A program made the translations under genes and the position numbers. Shown here piece by piece: positions 49,651 to 61,100 of a stretch of DNA of 64,000 nucleotides. Numbering within the stretch: the stretch's first letter is position 1; each line of letters starts with the position of its first letter. This DNA is from Elusimicrobiota bacterium (GTDB lineage Bacteria > Elusimicrobiota > Elusimicrobia > F11): assembly GCA_044221725.1 (NCBI GenBank), contig JBGAON010000001.1, positions 448,001 to 512,000 of the forward strand. The letters are read 5' to 3'. The notes under the pieces were generated by a model. It saw only the letters and a list, made by a program, of their open reading frames with translations. It searched no databases and was not told where the DNA came from.

Positions 49651-50904
49651 TTGCCCTTGTGTCCCCACTTCGGGTTTTGCGGTGGGTGTTCGAAGCAAAA
49701 TCTTCCGTATGAGGAGCAACTGCAAGCGAAGGAGCAGTCCGTTCGGAAATTGCTCGCGGGACTGGCCGTGCAGAATTTTCATTCGATTCTTGCTTCTCCG
49801 GATATTTATTTTTATCGGAACAAGATGGAATTCTCGTTTGGGAATGAGAAGGATCTCGCGATTCTCGGACGGGACCCTCACCCTGAGAGCCGCGTGCATC
49901 TTGGTCTCCATCCCAAAGGGCGGTTTGCGCTTGTGACGCCGACGCCGGAGTGTCAGTTGTTATCGGAGAGAAGTCAGCTGATATGCCGTGCGGTTGAAGA
50001 ATGGGCGAGCGATCATCAAGTTTCTGTTTATGTTCGAAAGAATGGAAAGGGCGATTTGCGGCATCTCGTGATCCGAGAAGGAAAAAATACCGGCGATTGT
50101 TTGGTGAACCTCGTATCGAAATCCACCACGCCGCATGTCGATGCCCTTGCCGAAAGATTGCGAGCCCTTCCTATTTCCACTTTCATTTGGACCGCTTACG
50201 ATGGATTGTCGGACGTCGCGGGTGGTGAAGGCGGCAAGGTTTATTGGGGCAACGGTGTCATCCACGAAAAGATTGGTGGGACGTTGTTTCGTGTCAACGC
50301 AAACTCGTTCATGCAAACGAACACGCGTGCCGCTGAGATATTGGTTCAATTGTTGAGGTTGTGGGTTTCGTCATCCCGGCACGCTTTTGGCCGGGATCCA
50401 GGTGTTTCTGAGGAAAACCTGGGCCCCGTACCGTTGAATCGGGACGGCCAAAAGATTGCCGGGGCGACACTATTGGATCTCTACTGCGGCGCCGGAACGA
50501 TTGGTTTGAGCTTGGCGAATTTGTTTGAGCGCGTAATAGGGATTGAAATAAATCGCCAGGCTATTCACGACGCGAACGAAAACCTGCGCGCCAACAATGT
50601 TGGAGACGTGAAGTTTCTAGAGGGGAAAGCGGAGGACGCGGCTGCCTTTTTGTCTGCCGACGAGATTCGCTCGGCGACCATTGTGGTGGATCCGCCGCGG
50701 CCGGGTCTCCATCCGAAACTTGTCGACACGTTGCTTCTGTGGAAAGCGCAGCGACTCTTTTATGTGTCGTGCAATCCGGAATCGTTGGCACGCGATTTGC
50801 AGCGGTTGAGCGCGGCTTATGAGGTTGCGCACGTGCAGCCGCTCGATTTTTTTCCGCATACCGATCACGTTGAAACGGCCGTTCAGCTTCGTTTAAAGGC
50901 CTGA
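49606..50904 (+). CDS. rlmD: 23S rRNA m5U methyltransferase, RlmD-like, lacking the TRAM domain
   Basis: CPHFGFCGGC, YRNKMEF, FMQTN, DLYCGAG, DPPRPG, YVSCNP, FPHT.HVE. Confidence 0.9.
   Translation: MQFTVSGPAPARERRLPLCPHFGFCGGCSKQNLPYEEQLQAKEQSVRKLLAGLAVQNFHSILASPDIYFYRNKMEFSFGNEKDLAILGRDPHPESRVHLGLHPKGRFALVTPTPECQLLSERSQLICRAVEEWASDHQVSVYVRKNGKGDLRHLVIREGKNTGDCLVNLVSKSTTPHVDALAERLRALPISTFIWTAYDGLSDVAGGEGGKVYWGNGVIHEKIGGTLFRVNANSFMQTNTRAAEILVQLLRLWVSSSRHAFGRDPGVSEENLGPVPLNRDGQKIAGATLLDLYCGAGTIGLSLANLFERVIGIEINRQAIHDANENLRANNVGDVKFLEGKAEDAAAFLSADEIRSATIVVDPPRPGLHPKLVDTLLLWKAQRLFYVSCNPESLARDLQRLSAAYEVAHVQPLDFFPHTDHVETAVQLRLKA
50370..50468. repeat. 99-bp palindromic element in frame inside rlmD
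   Basis: GTCATCCCGGCA...TGCCGGGGCGAC with CCCGGCACGCTTTTGGCCGGGATCCAGG arm. Confidence 0.85.
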
Positions 50905-50939
50905 ACCGGAGATATGTTATTCTCGACGAAAATTCCTCT

Positions 50940-53237
50940 ATGACACTGCCCGTTCTCGACACTCTCAACCAACCGCAACGCGAAGCCGCCGAACATATTG
51001 ATGGTCCGCTGTTAATTCTCGCGGGCGCCGGTTCTGGCAAAACGCGCGTGATTGTGTGCCGCGTCGCCAATCTCATTTATCACGGTGTTGCGCCCTGGAA
51101 TATTCTCGCGGTGACGTTCACAAACAAAGCCGCGGCCGAGATGCGCCAACGCGTTAACACAATTGTTCCGGGTCAAGGCGCTGCTGTGTGGGTTTCGACC
51201 TTTCATGCGTTTTGTGCGAAATTTTTGCGCATTGAAGCGAAACATATCGGACTCGACCCGAATTTCGTTATTTACGACGACAACGATCAAATGGCGATCA
51301 TCAAAGAGATTCTTAAAGAGATGATGCTCACCGAAAAAGAATGCGCCCCCCGCCAAGTCTTGTCGGCCATCTCGCGCGCGAAAGACGACATGTTGGATGC
51401 TGGTTCTTACATGATCCACGCGCAAACGCACGGGGATCCGTTCCGCGAACGCGTCGCGCGCATCTATGAGGTTTATTCCCGCAAACTGAAAGAGTCGATG
51501 GCGCTCGACTTCGGTGATCTGGTCATGAAAACCGTCGAAGCGTTTCGCGATGTGGAAGTCATTCGAGCGAAATACCAGACGCGGTTTCGCTACATTATGG
51601 TGGACGAATACCAAGACACAAATCACGCGCAGTACTTGCTCACGAAATATCTGGCCGGGTCCACGAAAAATATTTGCGTCGTGGGCGACGATGATCAATC
51701 CATTTATTCGTGGCGCGGCGCTACGATTCGGAACATTTTGGAGTTTGAACGCGATTATCCCGGAGCGAAAGTCGTCAAGCTTGAGCAGAACTATCGTTCA
51801 TCGTCGAAGATTATCGATGTGGCCACGCGGCTCATTCAGAACAACAAACGCCGGAAATCGAAAACCATGTGGACCGACAACGAGCCCGGCGAGGATGTGA
51901 GCTTTGTTGAAATGGCGAACGAGCAGGAAGAAGCGCGTTACGTGATGGATGAAGTGTCACTGTTGCGCGCGAAAGGGATGGAGCTTAAAGACATGGCTGT
52001 GTTCTATCGCACGAACGCACAGTCGCGTGTGTTTGAAGATGCGTTGCGGCGTCTCGCGGTGCCGTACACGATTGTCGGTGCGCTGCGGTTCTATGAACGC
52101 GCCGAAATCAAAGACGCGCTCGCGTATTTGCGCGTCGTTGTGAATCCGAAAGATTCGTTGAGCGCCAAGCGCGTTGTGAATCTGCCGGCGCGCGGCCTCG
52201 GGAAGAATTCGCTGGGTCTTTTGGAACAATACGCGGCATCGCAAGGAATTTCGCTGTGGGAATCTTTCCAGCGGTCCCACGCGGTGTCTGGTATTTCGCC
52301 GTCGGCGCGCAACGGCGTCAAAAGTTTTGTGGAGCTAATTGAAAAGTTTCAAGCAATGGCCAAGGACGCGTCAGCATCGACGATTGTGCGGCGTATGCTA
52401 GAGGAATCCGGCTATTGGGACAAATGGGCCAGCGAATCGGATGACGACCCCGAAGCCGCCGAGCGCCTCGATAACTTGCAGGAACTCATCAACGCCGCCA
52501 AAGATTTCGAAGAACGCGTGAAGGGCGGAGCGGGGGAGAATGAGTCCGAGTTTGCGAAAGATAACGGTACCTCCCCCAGCGAGGAGGGGAATGTCGCTTT
52601 GGATCTTTCGCTGGCGCGCTTCCTCCAAGAAGTTTCCTTGATGACCGATTTGGACGACTGGCAGCAGCAGGGCGGTTCGCTGACGCTAATGACGGTTCAC
52701 TTGGCAAAAGGTCTCGAATTCCCGGCGGTGTTTGTGACGGGACTCGAAGAAGGTTTGTTTCCCATCGGCGACGCCGCGTTTGACCAAGACGAGCTCGAGG
52801 AAGAGCGGCGGCTCGCTTACGTCGCGATGACACGCGCGCGCAAAAAACTTTTTCTCACATCGGCGGCGAGCCGGAGAATTTTTGGAACACCACGGATGAA
52901 TATTCCTTCACGCTTCATTGAGGAAGCCGGGGTGGCGTCTGTTCGGCCGAAGCGCCAAAGCTTCTCGTTTGAATCGCAAGCGCCGTCGATGAGCGATGAG
53001 GATTACAATCAATCGCATCCGTCGTCGGACGATATGAATCAAGAGGTTCCCGTCACGACGCCACCGACCCCCGTTCGGCGTATGCCAAAGATCGGGCAGC
53101 GCGTCGGGCATCCGGATTTTGGACAAGGGAAAGTTGTGGACGTAGAGGGTTCCGGTGATCATGCGAAAGCCACCATTTTGTTCAACAGCGGGATGAAGAA
53201 AAAACTTTTGTTAAAGTACGCACCGCTCAACTATTGA
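50940..53237 (+). CDS. pcrA: PcrA/UvrD ATP-dependent DNA helicase
   Basis: AGAGSGKT, VDEYQDTN, VGDDDQSIY, QNYRS, EERRLAYVAMTRA, C-terminal Tudor-like domain. Confidence 0.95.
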   Translation: MTLPVLDTLNQPQREAAEHIDGPLLILAGAGSGKTRVIVCRVANLIYHGVAPWNILAVTFTNKAAAEMRQRVNTIVPGQGAAVWVSTFHAFCAKFLRIEAKHIGLDPNFVIYDDNDQMAIIKEILKEMMLTEKECAPRQVLSAISRAKDDMLDAGSYMIHAQTHGDPFRERVARIYEVYSRKLKESMALDFGDLVMKTVEAFRDVEVIRAKYQTRFRYIMVDEYQDTNHAQYLLTKYLAGSTKNICVVGDDDQSIYSWRGATIRNILEFERDYPGAKVVKLEQNYRSSSKIIDVATRLIQNNKRRKSKTMWTDNEPGEDVSFVEMANEQEEARYVMDEVSLLRAKGMELKDMAVFYRTNAQSRVFEDALRRLAVPYTIVGALRFYERAEIKDALAYLRVVVNPKDSLSAKRVVNLPARGLGKNSLGLLEQYAASQGISLWESFQRSHAVSGISPSARNGVKSFVELIEKFQAMAKDASASTIVRRMLEESGYWDKWASESDDDPEAAERLDNLQELINAAKDFEERVKGGAGENESEFAKDNGTSPSEEGNVALDLSLARFLQEVSLMTDLDDWQQQGGSLTLMTVHLAKGLEFPAVFVTGLEEGLFPIGDAAFDQDELEEERRLAYVAMTRARKKLFLTSAASRRIFGTPRMNIPSRFIEEAGVASVRPKRQSFSFESQAPSMSDEDYNQSHPSSDDMNQEVPVTTPPTPVRRMPKIGQRVGHPDFGQGKVVDVEGSGDHAKATILFNSGMKKKLLLKYAPLNY

Positions 53238-53310
53238 TATCAAAACATAATGAATCTGGGCGCGCCGCTCGAATTTTAACGTCGCCCTGCCAGGATGACG
53301 ACGAATAACT

Positions 53311-53607
53311 ATGACCGATTCCAACATTACCATCAAAGACGTTCAACACGTGGCCACGCTGGCGCGGCTCGCGATGTCCGAAGAGGAGCTCGCGAAATAT
53401 CAGAGCCAGCTCGAGCGCATTCTTGGGCATATTGCGCAATTGAAAGGTATTAACACCGATGGCGTTCCACCGACCGCGCATCCCTATGAAACCACAACCG
53501 TGTGGCGCGAGGATATCGCGAAACCGTTTGCCGATTTGGAAGCGCTGTTCAAAAACGCGCCCGAGATGGAAGAGACGTTCTACCGAGTGAAGAAGGTCAT
53601 TGAGTAA
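53311..53607 (+). CDS. gatC: Asp/Glu-tRNA amidotransferase subunit C
   Basis: VQHVATLARL, T.GVPPT, WRED, NAP; precedes gatA. Confidence 0.93.
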   Translation: MTDSNITIKDVQHVATLARLAMSEEELAKYQSQLERILGHIAQLKGINTDGVPPTAHPYETTTVWREDIAKPFADLEALFKNAPEMEETFYRVKKVIE

Positions 53608-55068
53608 ATGGAACTCCAAGCACTTTCCGCAACAGAAATTTCTGCCGGCGTCTCGTCAAAAAAGTTTTCCGCCACCGATGTGGTTAATGCCTCGTTGGCG
53701 GCTATCAAAAAGTCCAACGGTGAATTGAACGCGTATTTGAGCGTCGCGGAGTCCGCCGCGCTTGAAGCCGCCAACGCCGTCGACGAGAAAGTGAAATCCG
53801 GGAAGCCCGCCGGCCGTTTGGCGGGCGTGCCGATCGCCATCAAAGACAACATGATGGTGAAAGGCCAGCCAGTTACCTGCGCATCAAAAATTCTTGGAAA
53901 TTACGTGGCACCGTACAACGCGCACGTGATCGAGCGTTTGGTTGCCGAAGGCGCGATCATGATTGGCAAAACAAATTTGGACGAGTTCGCGATGGGATCA
54001 TCAACCGAAAACTCGGCGTTTGGTCCATCGCGCAATCCGTGGGACACCTCCCGCATTCCCGGCGGTTCCTCCGGCGGAAGTGCGGTGGCCGTGGCGACGC
54101 GGACCGTGCCGATCGCGCTTGGAAGTGACACCGGAGGATCGATTCGTCAGCCCGCGTCCTTGTGTGGAATTCTTGGAATGAAACCCACGTACGGCCGGGT
54201 GTCGCGTTACGGCGTGGTTGCATTTGCGTCGTCGCTCGATCAGATTGGACCTTTCACGCATACGCCCGACGATATGGCGCTCACGATGTCAATCATCAGC
54301 GGCAAGGACGAGCGAGATTCAACGTCGGTGGACAAAGCCGTGCCCGATTTTTCTGCAGAGATGAAAAAACCGATTCATGGTTTGCGCGTTGGAATCCCAA
54401 GAGAATATTTCGTCGAAGGAATGGACGCCGACGTAAAGAAAGCCGTTCTCGAAGCGGCCCAAGTTTTAAGGAAGCTCGGCGCCGACGTAAAAGATATTTC
54501 GCTGCCAAACTCCGACCACGCGCTCGCGGTCTATTACATTCTTGCGCCGAGCGAAGCGAGCTCGAACCTCGCGCGCTTCGACGGTATGCGTTACGGATTC
54601 CGAAACCCAAACGCGGCGAATCTTATCGAGCAATACGGGCTTAATCGGCACGATGGTTTTGGTGCGGAGGTGAAGCGCCGCATCATGATCGGAACCTACG
54701 CACTCTCCTCTGGATACTACGATGCGTTCTACGCAAAGGCACAAAAAGTGCGCACGCTCATCAAACGCGATTTCGATCAAGCGTTCGCGAACGTCGACGT
54801 GATTCTTACTCCCGTTTCGCCAACCCCGGCCTTTAAGATTGGCGAGAAATCCGACGATCCGCTCACCATGTATTTGTCGGACATTTGCACAATCCCGTGC
54901 AACCTGGCCGGCATTCCCGGTATCTCAGTTCCGTGCGGTTTTACGAGCGGAAATCTACCGATCGGCGTACAGTTCTACGCAAATCTTTTCCAAGACAGTC
55001 TGCTGCTACAAGTTACGAACGCCTACCTCTGCGAAACCCTCTGGCATAAAAAAGCCCCAAAAAATTAA
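53608..55068 (+). CDS. gatA: Asp/Glu-tRNA amidotransferase subunit A
   Basis: GKTNLDEFAMGSSTE, PGGSSGGS, GSDTGGSIRQP, EVKRRIMIG. Confidence 0.97.
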   Translation: MELQALSATEISAGVSSKKFSATDVVNASLAAIKKSNGELNAYLSVAESAALEAANAVDEKVKSGKPAGRLAGVPIAIKDNMMVKGQPVTCASKILGNYVAPYNAHVIERLVAEGAIMIGKTNLDEFAMGSSTENSAFGPSRNPWDTSRIPGGSSGGSAVAVATRTVPIALGSDTGGSIRQPASLCGILGMKPTYGRVSRYGVVAFASSLDQIGPFTHTPDDMALTMSIISGKDERDSTSVDKAVPDFSAEMKKPIHGLRVGIPREYFVEGMDADVKKAVLEAAQVLRKLGADVKDISLPNSDHALAVYYILAPSEASSNLARFDGMRYGFRNPNAANLIEQYGLNRHDGFGAEVKRRIMIGTYALSSGYYDAFYAKAQKVRTLIKRDFDQAFANVDVILTPVSPTPAFKIGEKSDDPLTMYLSDICTIPCNLAGIPGISVPCGFTSGNLPIGVQFYANLFQDSLLLQVTNAYLCETLWHKKAPKN

Positions 55069-55072
55069 TCCG

Positions 55073-55121
55073 TTCACAACTCCGTTACGTAATTTTAACG
55101 GGAGCTTAATGCCGATTTGAT
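55073..55121 (+). promoter_or_regulatory. Phased TTA(C/A) direct repeats upstream of giant gene 2
   Basis: TCAC 55074, TTAC 55085, TTAA 55095, TTAA 55106, TTGA 55117; aligns without gaps to 1441-1489. Confidence 0.55.
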
Positions 55122-55156
55122 TGAATCTTCGACGATAAACGTCGTCAGGAATTCGA

Positions 55157-58100
55157 TTGAAAAACCGGCTAGCCCCTCAGAAAATCATCGCGCTATTTTT
55201 GTGTACCGTGCTGTTTGCGACGCACGTGGCGTTCGCCCACTTGCCCGAGACGTCTTTGTGGTCCGAACGACGCACCGGGTCGTCGCCCTGGAATGCCGCT
55301 ATTGAGGGCCCACGTTCCGTTGGGACCCTATGTCCTGACGTGAGCCGTTCCCGAATGAATGGTTTGTTCGTGGGCGCGATGGATTTATCGTCGCTCAATC
55401 CCTTTGTTACGGTTCGCAAAGTACTCAAACCCGCCGGCCACTCGAAATCGGTTGTGTTGCACATTCAAGATATTCACGGGAACCAAGAAGCCCAACTCAA
55501 TATCAGCAGAGCGCTCCAGAAACTAAACGAACAGAAAAAGATTGATATGGTCGCGCTCGAAGGTGCCTACCGAATATTTGATTTGTCGGTATTCCGTCAG
55601 TTCCCACGTCCGAACACCATTCGGGCGGTGGCAAATTACCTTTTGCGCGAAAAAAGAATATCCGGGCCCATTCACGCGATGATGACGTCTCCGGTCGTCG
55701 GCGTTTCTGTTATTGGCGTCGATGACGCAAACCACTACGCCGCCAATGTTCAAGCCGTGCGCGATGCGAGTTCACAGAAAGACAATGTTCAGCACGTTCA
55801 ATCCGTGCAACGCATCAAACTTGATTCCGAGAAGCGCAAATTGTTCAACGCGGCACTTTTGGATTTCGATCGCGCCGTCGAAGCGTATCGTTCGGAAAAA
55901 CTGCCGTTCGCCTCGTATGTGAAGTTGTTGGCCACGGGCCGATCGGACGTGTCGCCGGCGGTTCGTGATTATCTTGAGGTTCTGCGCATCGAAGCGAATA
56001 TCAATTTTTCACAAGTCGAAATAGAAAGAGATCTTTTGGTTGCGCAGATTGTTTCTCGGAATCGCGTGATCGCGGAACAGCTTCACAAAATGGCGTTCGC
56101 GTTTCGTGCGCAACAGATCGATCACGAGGCTTTTTATCTTTGGTTGAGAGACGCGGCCCGAAAATCCCACGTTCCAATCGAGAACTTTTTGGTCTTTAAA
56201 GAATATCTGCGCTACGTTCTATTGTCCGATCGCATTGACGTGGAAGCGGTTTTAGCGGAGGCGCGTCAACTCGAGCAACAGAGATTCCGCTGGCTCGTAA
56301 AAACAGCGGATGAACGAAGGTTGGTCGACGCGTCGAAAAGATTGTACTTGGAGTCTAAGCTCGTCGATTTTTCTTTAACCAAAAGAGAGTGGGAAGAGTA
56401 CGAGGAATTAATACCCCACCCTGCCCTCCCCACTGATAAGGCGTGGGGAGGAAAACTTTTTTTCACTAACCCTAAAACCTCGGGGGGGGTGCTCCCTCTC
56501 CATGTCTCCTCAATGGGGAGGGTAGGGTGGGGTATAGACGCTGTAAACCTTTCCCCTTTCGAACAGTTTTATCGGCAAGCGGAGCTCCGTGATGGGGCGA
56601 TGGCGAATAATTTTTTGAACGCCCAACGTTCAATAAACAATCTTCCACGAACAACGAGCGTTCTTATCACTGGCGGTTTTCATTCCTCCGGTATCGATGA
56701 CGCGCTTACAAAGGCAGGTTGCACCGTTGTCTCGATCGTTCCTCGCGTCACAAGCGCGGATGCGTCAAAAGCCTCGGCCTACTTAAGCGTTTTTGCTCAA
56801 GAAAAATCTCCGCTTGAAAAACTTTTTGAGGGACAAAAATTATTTCTCGCCAACGATCCGATGGCGCCTCTGATCCAATTTGTAGAAGCGCCGGTCGAGG
56901 TTGCCCTTTTTGAGGCGGCCAATGCGTTGTCAGCCGGGACCGAGACGATGTTGCCTTTGCCCGCTGATGCAACATTGAAAATTGATCGCGCCGGTGTGGG
57001 CTCGGCTCAGGGGGTGCTGACGCGTGGCGTAAGTGTGGTTCCGGTTGAGCTACGCGCCAACCCAAATGAAATTCTCGAAATGACCGACCGGTCCGTTAGC
57101 CCTTCGGTCGCGCGGCGGGCGATTGGTGGCGTGCGACGATTTTTTCACTGGTTGTTACGGAAATGCGGATTCGTTTATGCCGATGAAAACGCCGAGTGGA
57201 CCTCGAATCTCCATCTCTACGAGGCGGGTCAATTGCTGCTTCAAAGGGGTGCCGTCGGCGATGTAAGAGGTTCTTCAAACAATGTCGGTTTTGTTGGAAT
57301 GATGCCATTCAATCCGTTTGCGGTGTGGTACGAGGAGGCCTCGGAGCGTGCGGAGCAGGGCCATAGAGTGTGGCTTCCGTACGTAATCGCCGCGATGGGC
57401 GGCGTGTTCGAAGAATTGGTGATCCGAAATCTTCTTCAATTCGGAATTCTTGAAGCGTGTTTCGGCATGAGTGCGTGGTGGTCTGCGTTCGTTTACGCAT
57501 CGCTCTTTGCGACGGTTCTGCATTCGAAAATATACACAGCGGAAAGCCCCACGGCCGTTGGTGTAAATTATCTTCTCGGGTGGCAGCGTTGGATTTTGTT
57601 CGCGCTCGCGGTCGGATTGGGTTCGACCGGAGACCTTGAGGTCATCACCTTGGGTCACGCATTTTTTAATCCTCTCATGAGGTACATCGGTGGTCCGCTC
57701 GGCATGATGACAGAGCCGAACAATAAGAAAAGAGCAAAACCGTTTGATCCAGATGCATCAATTCTTTACACGATGCATCTGTTCAACCATTTGGACTCCG
57801 AATATCGAAAGCTCTGGAACGCGCCGGAGCCGGAGATGAAAAATCCGATGTACGCCCGTCCGGGCCAAAGACTTTTTGTGAAAGAAAATCTTTCCGTGGC
57901 CGAACGAACACAAATCGACGATCTTGTCGACACGCTAATGAAAGGTCAGCGCGGAGTGCCGGGTGCGAAACCTTTCCGCTACATGACGACGGCCGAGCAC
58001 CTTTTGATTGGCAAAGCTTTGCGCTCGAATTTGCGGGGGGAAGGCGCTGCAAGCAACAACCTCACCGAACCGCAACGGGAATTTTTGAGAAATTTGCTGG

Positions 58101-61100
58101 TGATGTGGAATATGGCGAATTTCTGGACGTTAACCCGGAAAATTCCCGCGAGGTCACGCAACGAAGTATTTCAAAACGTGCTCCTCTATGTGTTGAGACG
58201 CATTATTTACAAATACGACTATCACAAGGGCCTCAATTTCAATACGTTGGCGGGCTGGGCGGCGACGCAAGAAGTGTCGGTCCATTACCGCGAGAAGCAC
58301 AAACTGGCGGTTACAAAGCGTGTCACCGCCAAAGACCCCGACGCATTTTGGGAAATGCAGCCTGAAAGGGAAAAACGCAGCGATGATGGTCTTATCGAAA
58401 AGTTGCTCAAGGTTTTGGGCCGCCTCTCTCCCAAAGAAGAGAAAGCTCTGCGGTTGCGTTACGGGTTGATGAACACCAAGAAGGGTAAAAGTTTCGCTGA
58501 GCTCGCCGCCACGCTGAACATGACCGTGTGGGCCGTTCAAGATTTCGTTGATGTGGCCTACGCGCATTTGGAACGCGAATTTGCGCGTTTGGAAGATTTC
58601 CGTTTTCGACACACGGATGAAAATATTGTGCGCGATTTATCGCCGCTCGAGCACCGTGTGCTGAAATTGGCCTATCAAAGCCATGCTGTCTTTGACGATG
58701 CGGATATCGCCACTCTCCTCAATTCAAAAATCAGATCCAATCGGCCGAAGCTCACGCCCCTGCAAGTCAAAAAAATTCGAAAACGGGTGGAGTATCGTAT
58801 TCTGCACGGAAGGTTTCCTCCAAATCCTTTCGGCCCACCGCATTCGGTGTTTCACAACATGATGATGTTGCTTGGGGTGCCGTCGTCGCATATGTTGAAG
58901 ATTGTTGCGTTGTTTTCAATTCCACTGGAATCCGGGATCATTTTTCTGGGTTTGTTCGCGTTCGAGCATTCCTTTTGGTTGCAGCTGTTGTACATGATCG
59001 GCGCGGGTGTGCTTGATTTTTGCATCGGATATCTTGGATACAAAACCAGTGGTTCTTCTCTGCCAATAACGAGGCTGTTAATTGCGCATCATTTTTTTGT
59101 GATCGCGATGTATCTCTGTGGTTGGCGATTGTTGGCAAGGTCGGAACACGACGTTCTCATTTTTACCGTGATTGCGTCGATTCACATGCTGATTGATGCG
59201 GTAATTCTTTGGTGGCAGAACATCAGAAACTGGTTTTCGAGCGAGCCACGGCTTACGGATGATCCGGGTACCGCTGAGTTTCATATGGACGCGATGCGCG
59301 ACCGGGATCGCGTCGTCATCAATGGTCTGCCCGACAACCATCCGGTTGTAAGGAACCAGAGGAACTACGAAGGCAAGGAATTCATTTCCGAGCATAGAAT
59401 GAATCAGAACGTGGAATCGTTGCCGGAAGGGGACCTGGAGAAGCAAGAATGGTTGACCGCCAAAATTCCGCTGCAGAAACAAGCGGCAGCACAGTTTAAA
59501 AAGGTAGTGGATGCGATTCCCTCGGTTGTACCGATTGTCTATTCCGAATTGGCTCGAAATTTCAGTGAAGCGCGCGCGACGGAAGCGTTTGCCCGGAAGG
59601 CCGCGGAAATCCAAAAGCGGTTGTTGGAAGATGTGGCGGTCGTGGGTGTTTTCACGGAGCGGCGGCTGATGATTCCGCAGCTTTATCCATCGCGCTACCG
59701 GTTTGGGCGGTTGCGCATGAGCCGTGATCAGAGCGTGCTGTATGTTCCCATGCAGCTGTTTGCGGAAATGCGCTCGCCCGTTGAGATCGAACATTTTGCG
59801 TTTAGTTTTATTTTCGGACTCGAATGGCTGGACAAATACAAACGTGTCAAAGCGGAGGGCAAGGACAGTCGGCGGATCCATCTCGCGATGCACAAGCTCG
59901 AGGAAAGATGGAACGCCAAAGAAAAGAATTTCGTGAACATCCGTTTTCGGCTTCGGCATTTCGTGGACTATCTGAATTATCAATTCGATTATGTCCGTTC
60001 CTATTTCAAGATTGGAGCCGAATTCCGGCAACTCGAAGCGAAATACGCCGATATCACAAAAGAGCTCGAACAGGTGGTGTCGAGGAAAAAATTCCGTACG
60101 GTTGCTCATGGGGGAATGGACATCAATCGTGATTTAACAGCGGTTCGATTCTTCGAAAATCGGTCCACGATCTCCCGGGCTCAAAGTGACGTCGAACGGC
60201 TTGTTGATAAAGCCGAGCTGGTGGGCCTATTCGAAATTGCGCGTAAGATGATCTTGTTCGGCAACTATCTGTACATTTGTGAGACCGGAATTAATCCCGC
60301 TTTGCGAACTGTCCCGAACATTCGTTTGCTCGCACGAACACGAGGATACCGGCAGCTTATTCGCCTGCTGCGCGCTCTGAAGGACCGGCATATTCCGTTC
60401 GAATTGGGACATCGCGGTTGGCTTTCTTTTGTTTTGCCGGGCCCTCGTGACATAACGTACGTGCCAATCGGCTGGGGTGAAGTTGAAATGCTTTTGGCAA
60501 GCACCGAGAAACTTTTGAAATCCATTTTCGAACGTCAAATGGAAATTATTCACAAGCGCAGCAACTACGACATTATTGCGGCGAACTGGGAAATTGTTCA
60601 AGCGGCGCTCAAAGAGGTCCGTGAGATGTGCAAACAAGCCATCGAGGCGCACGATGCGCTTGAGGCGAATTTGCACCGCGTTGCGAATGCGCTTCTATGG
60701 ATCGCGGGTCAACTTAAGCCCAACGAGACGCCGCGAATCAGCGATCTGAAACGTCTTCGGCTGAGCGTGGACAACGTTGCGTTGGATATTCCGCTGAAAG
60801 ATTGGTTTCCGTTTCTTACGGAAAAGGAGTTTGTTTCGGTATTAAGGGACGAAAAAGCGCGCACAAATTTTCGGTTGCCTTCCGAAAAACAGGTCAAAGA
60901 ACTGATCCGCCTGTTTCGCTTTCTTGGTACGCCCAATCTCGAGCTTAAGAACCTGATCGGAGACGTGGTGCTGGTGGTGAAAGACGAGCGCGACGTGCAG
61001 ACCGTGATCGACAACTTCGATGATCTGAACAGCGCACAACTGGATTCTCTGACGATCATTGCACGGAACAAGAAAGTTAAAAATTTATTGGAGCGGCGTT

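Noticed and set aside
26637..55068. gatB separated from gatCA
   Set aside because: Split gat operons are common; all three genes look intact.
39254..60109. Long antisense ORFs (e.g. 39254..40228, 46576..47976, 59078..60109)
   Set aside because: They shadow well-supported + strand genes and show no recognisable motifs.
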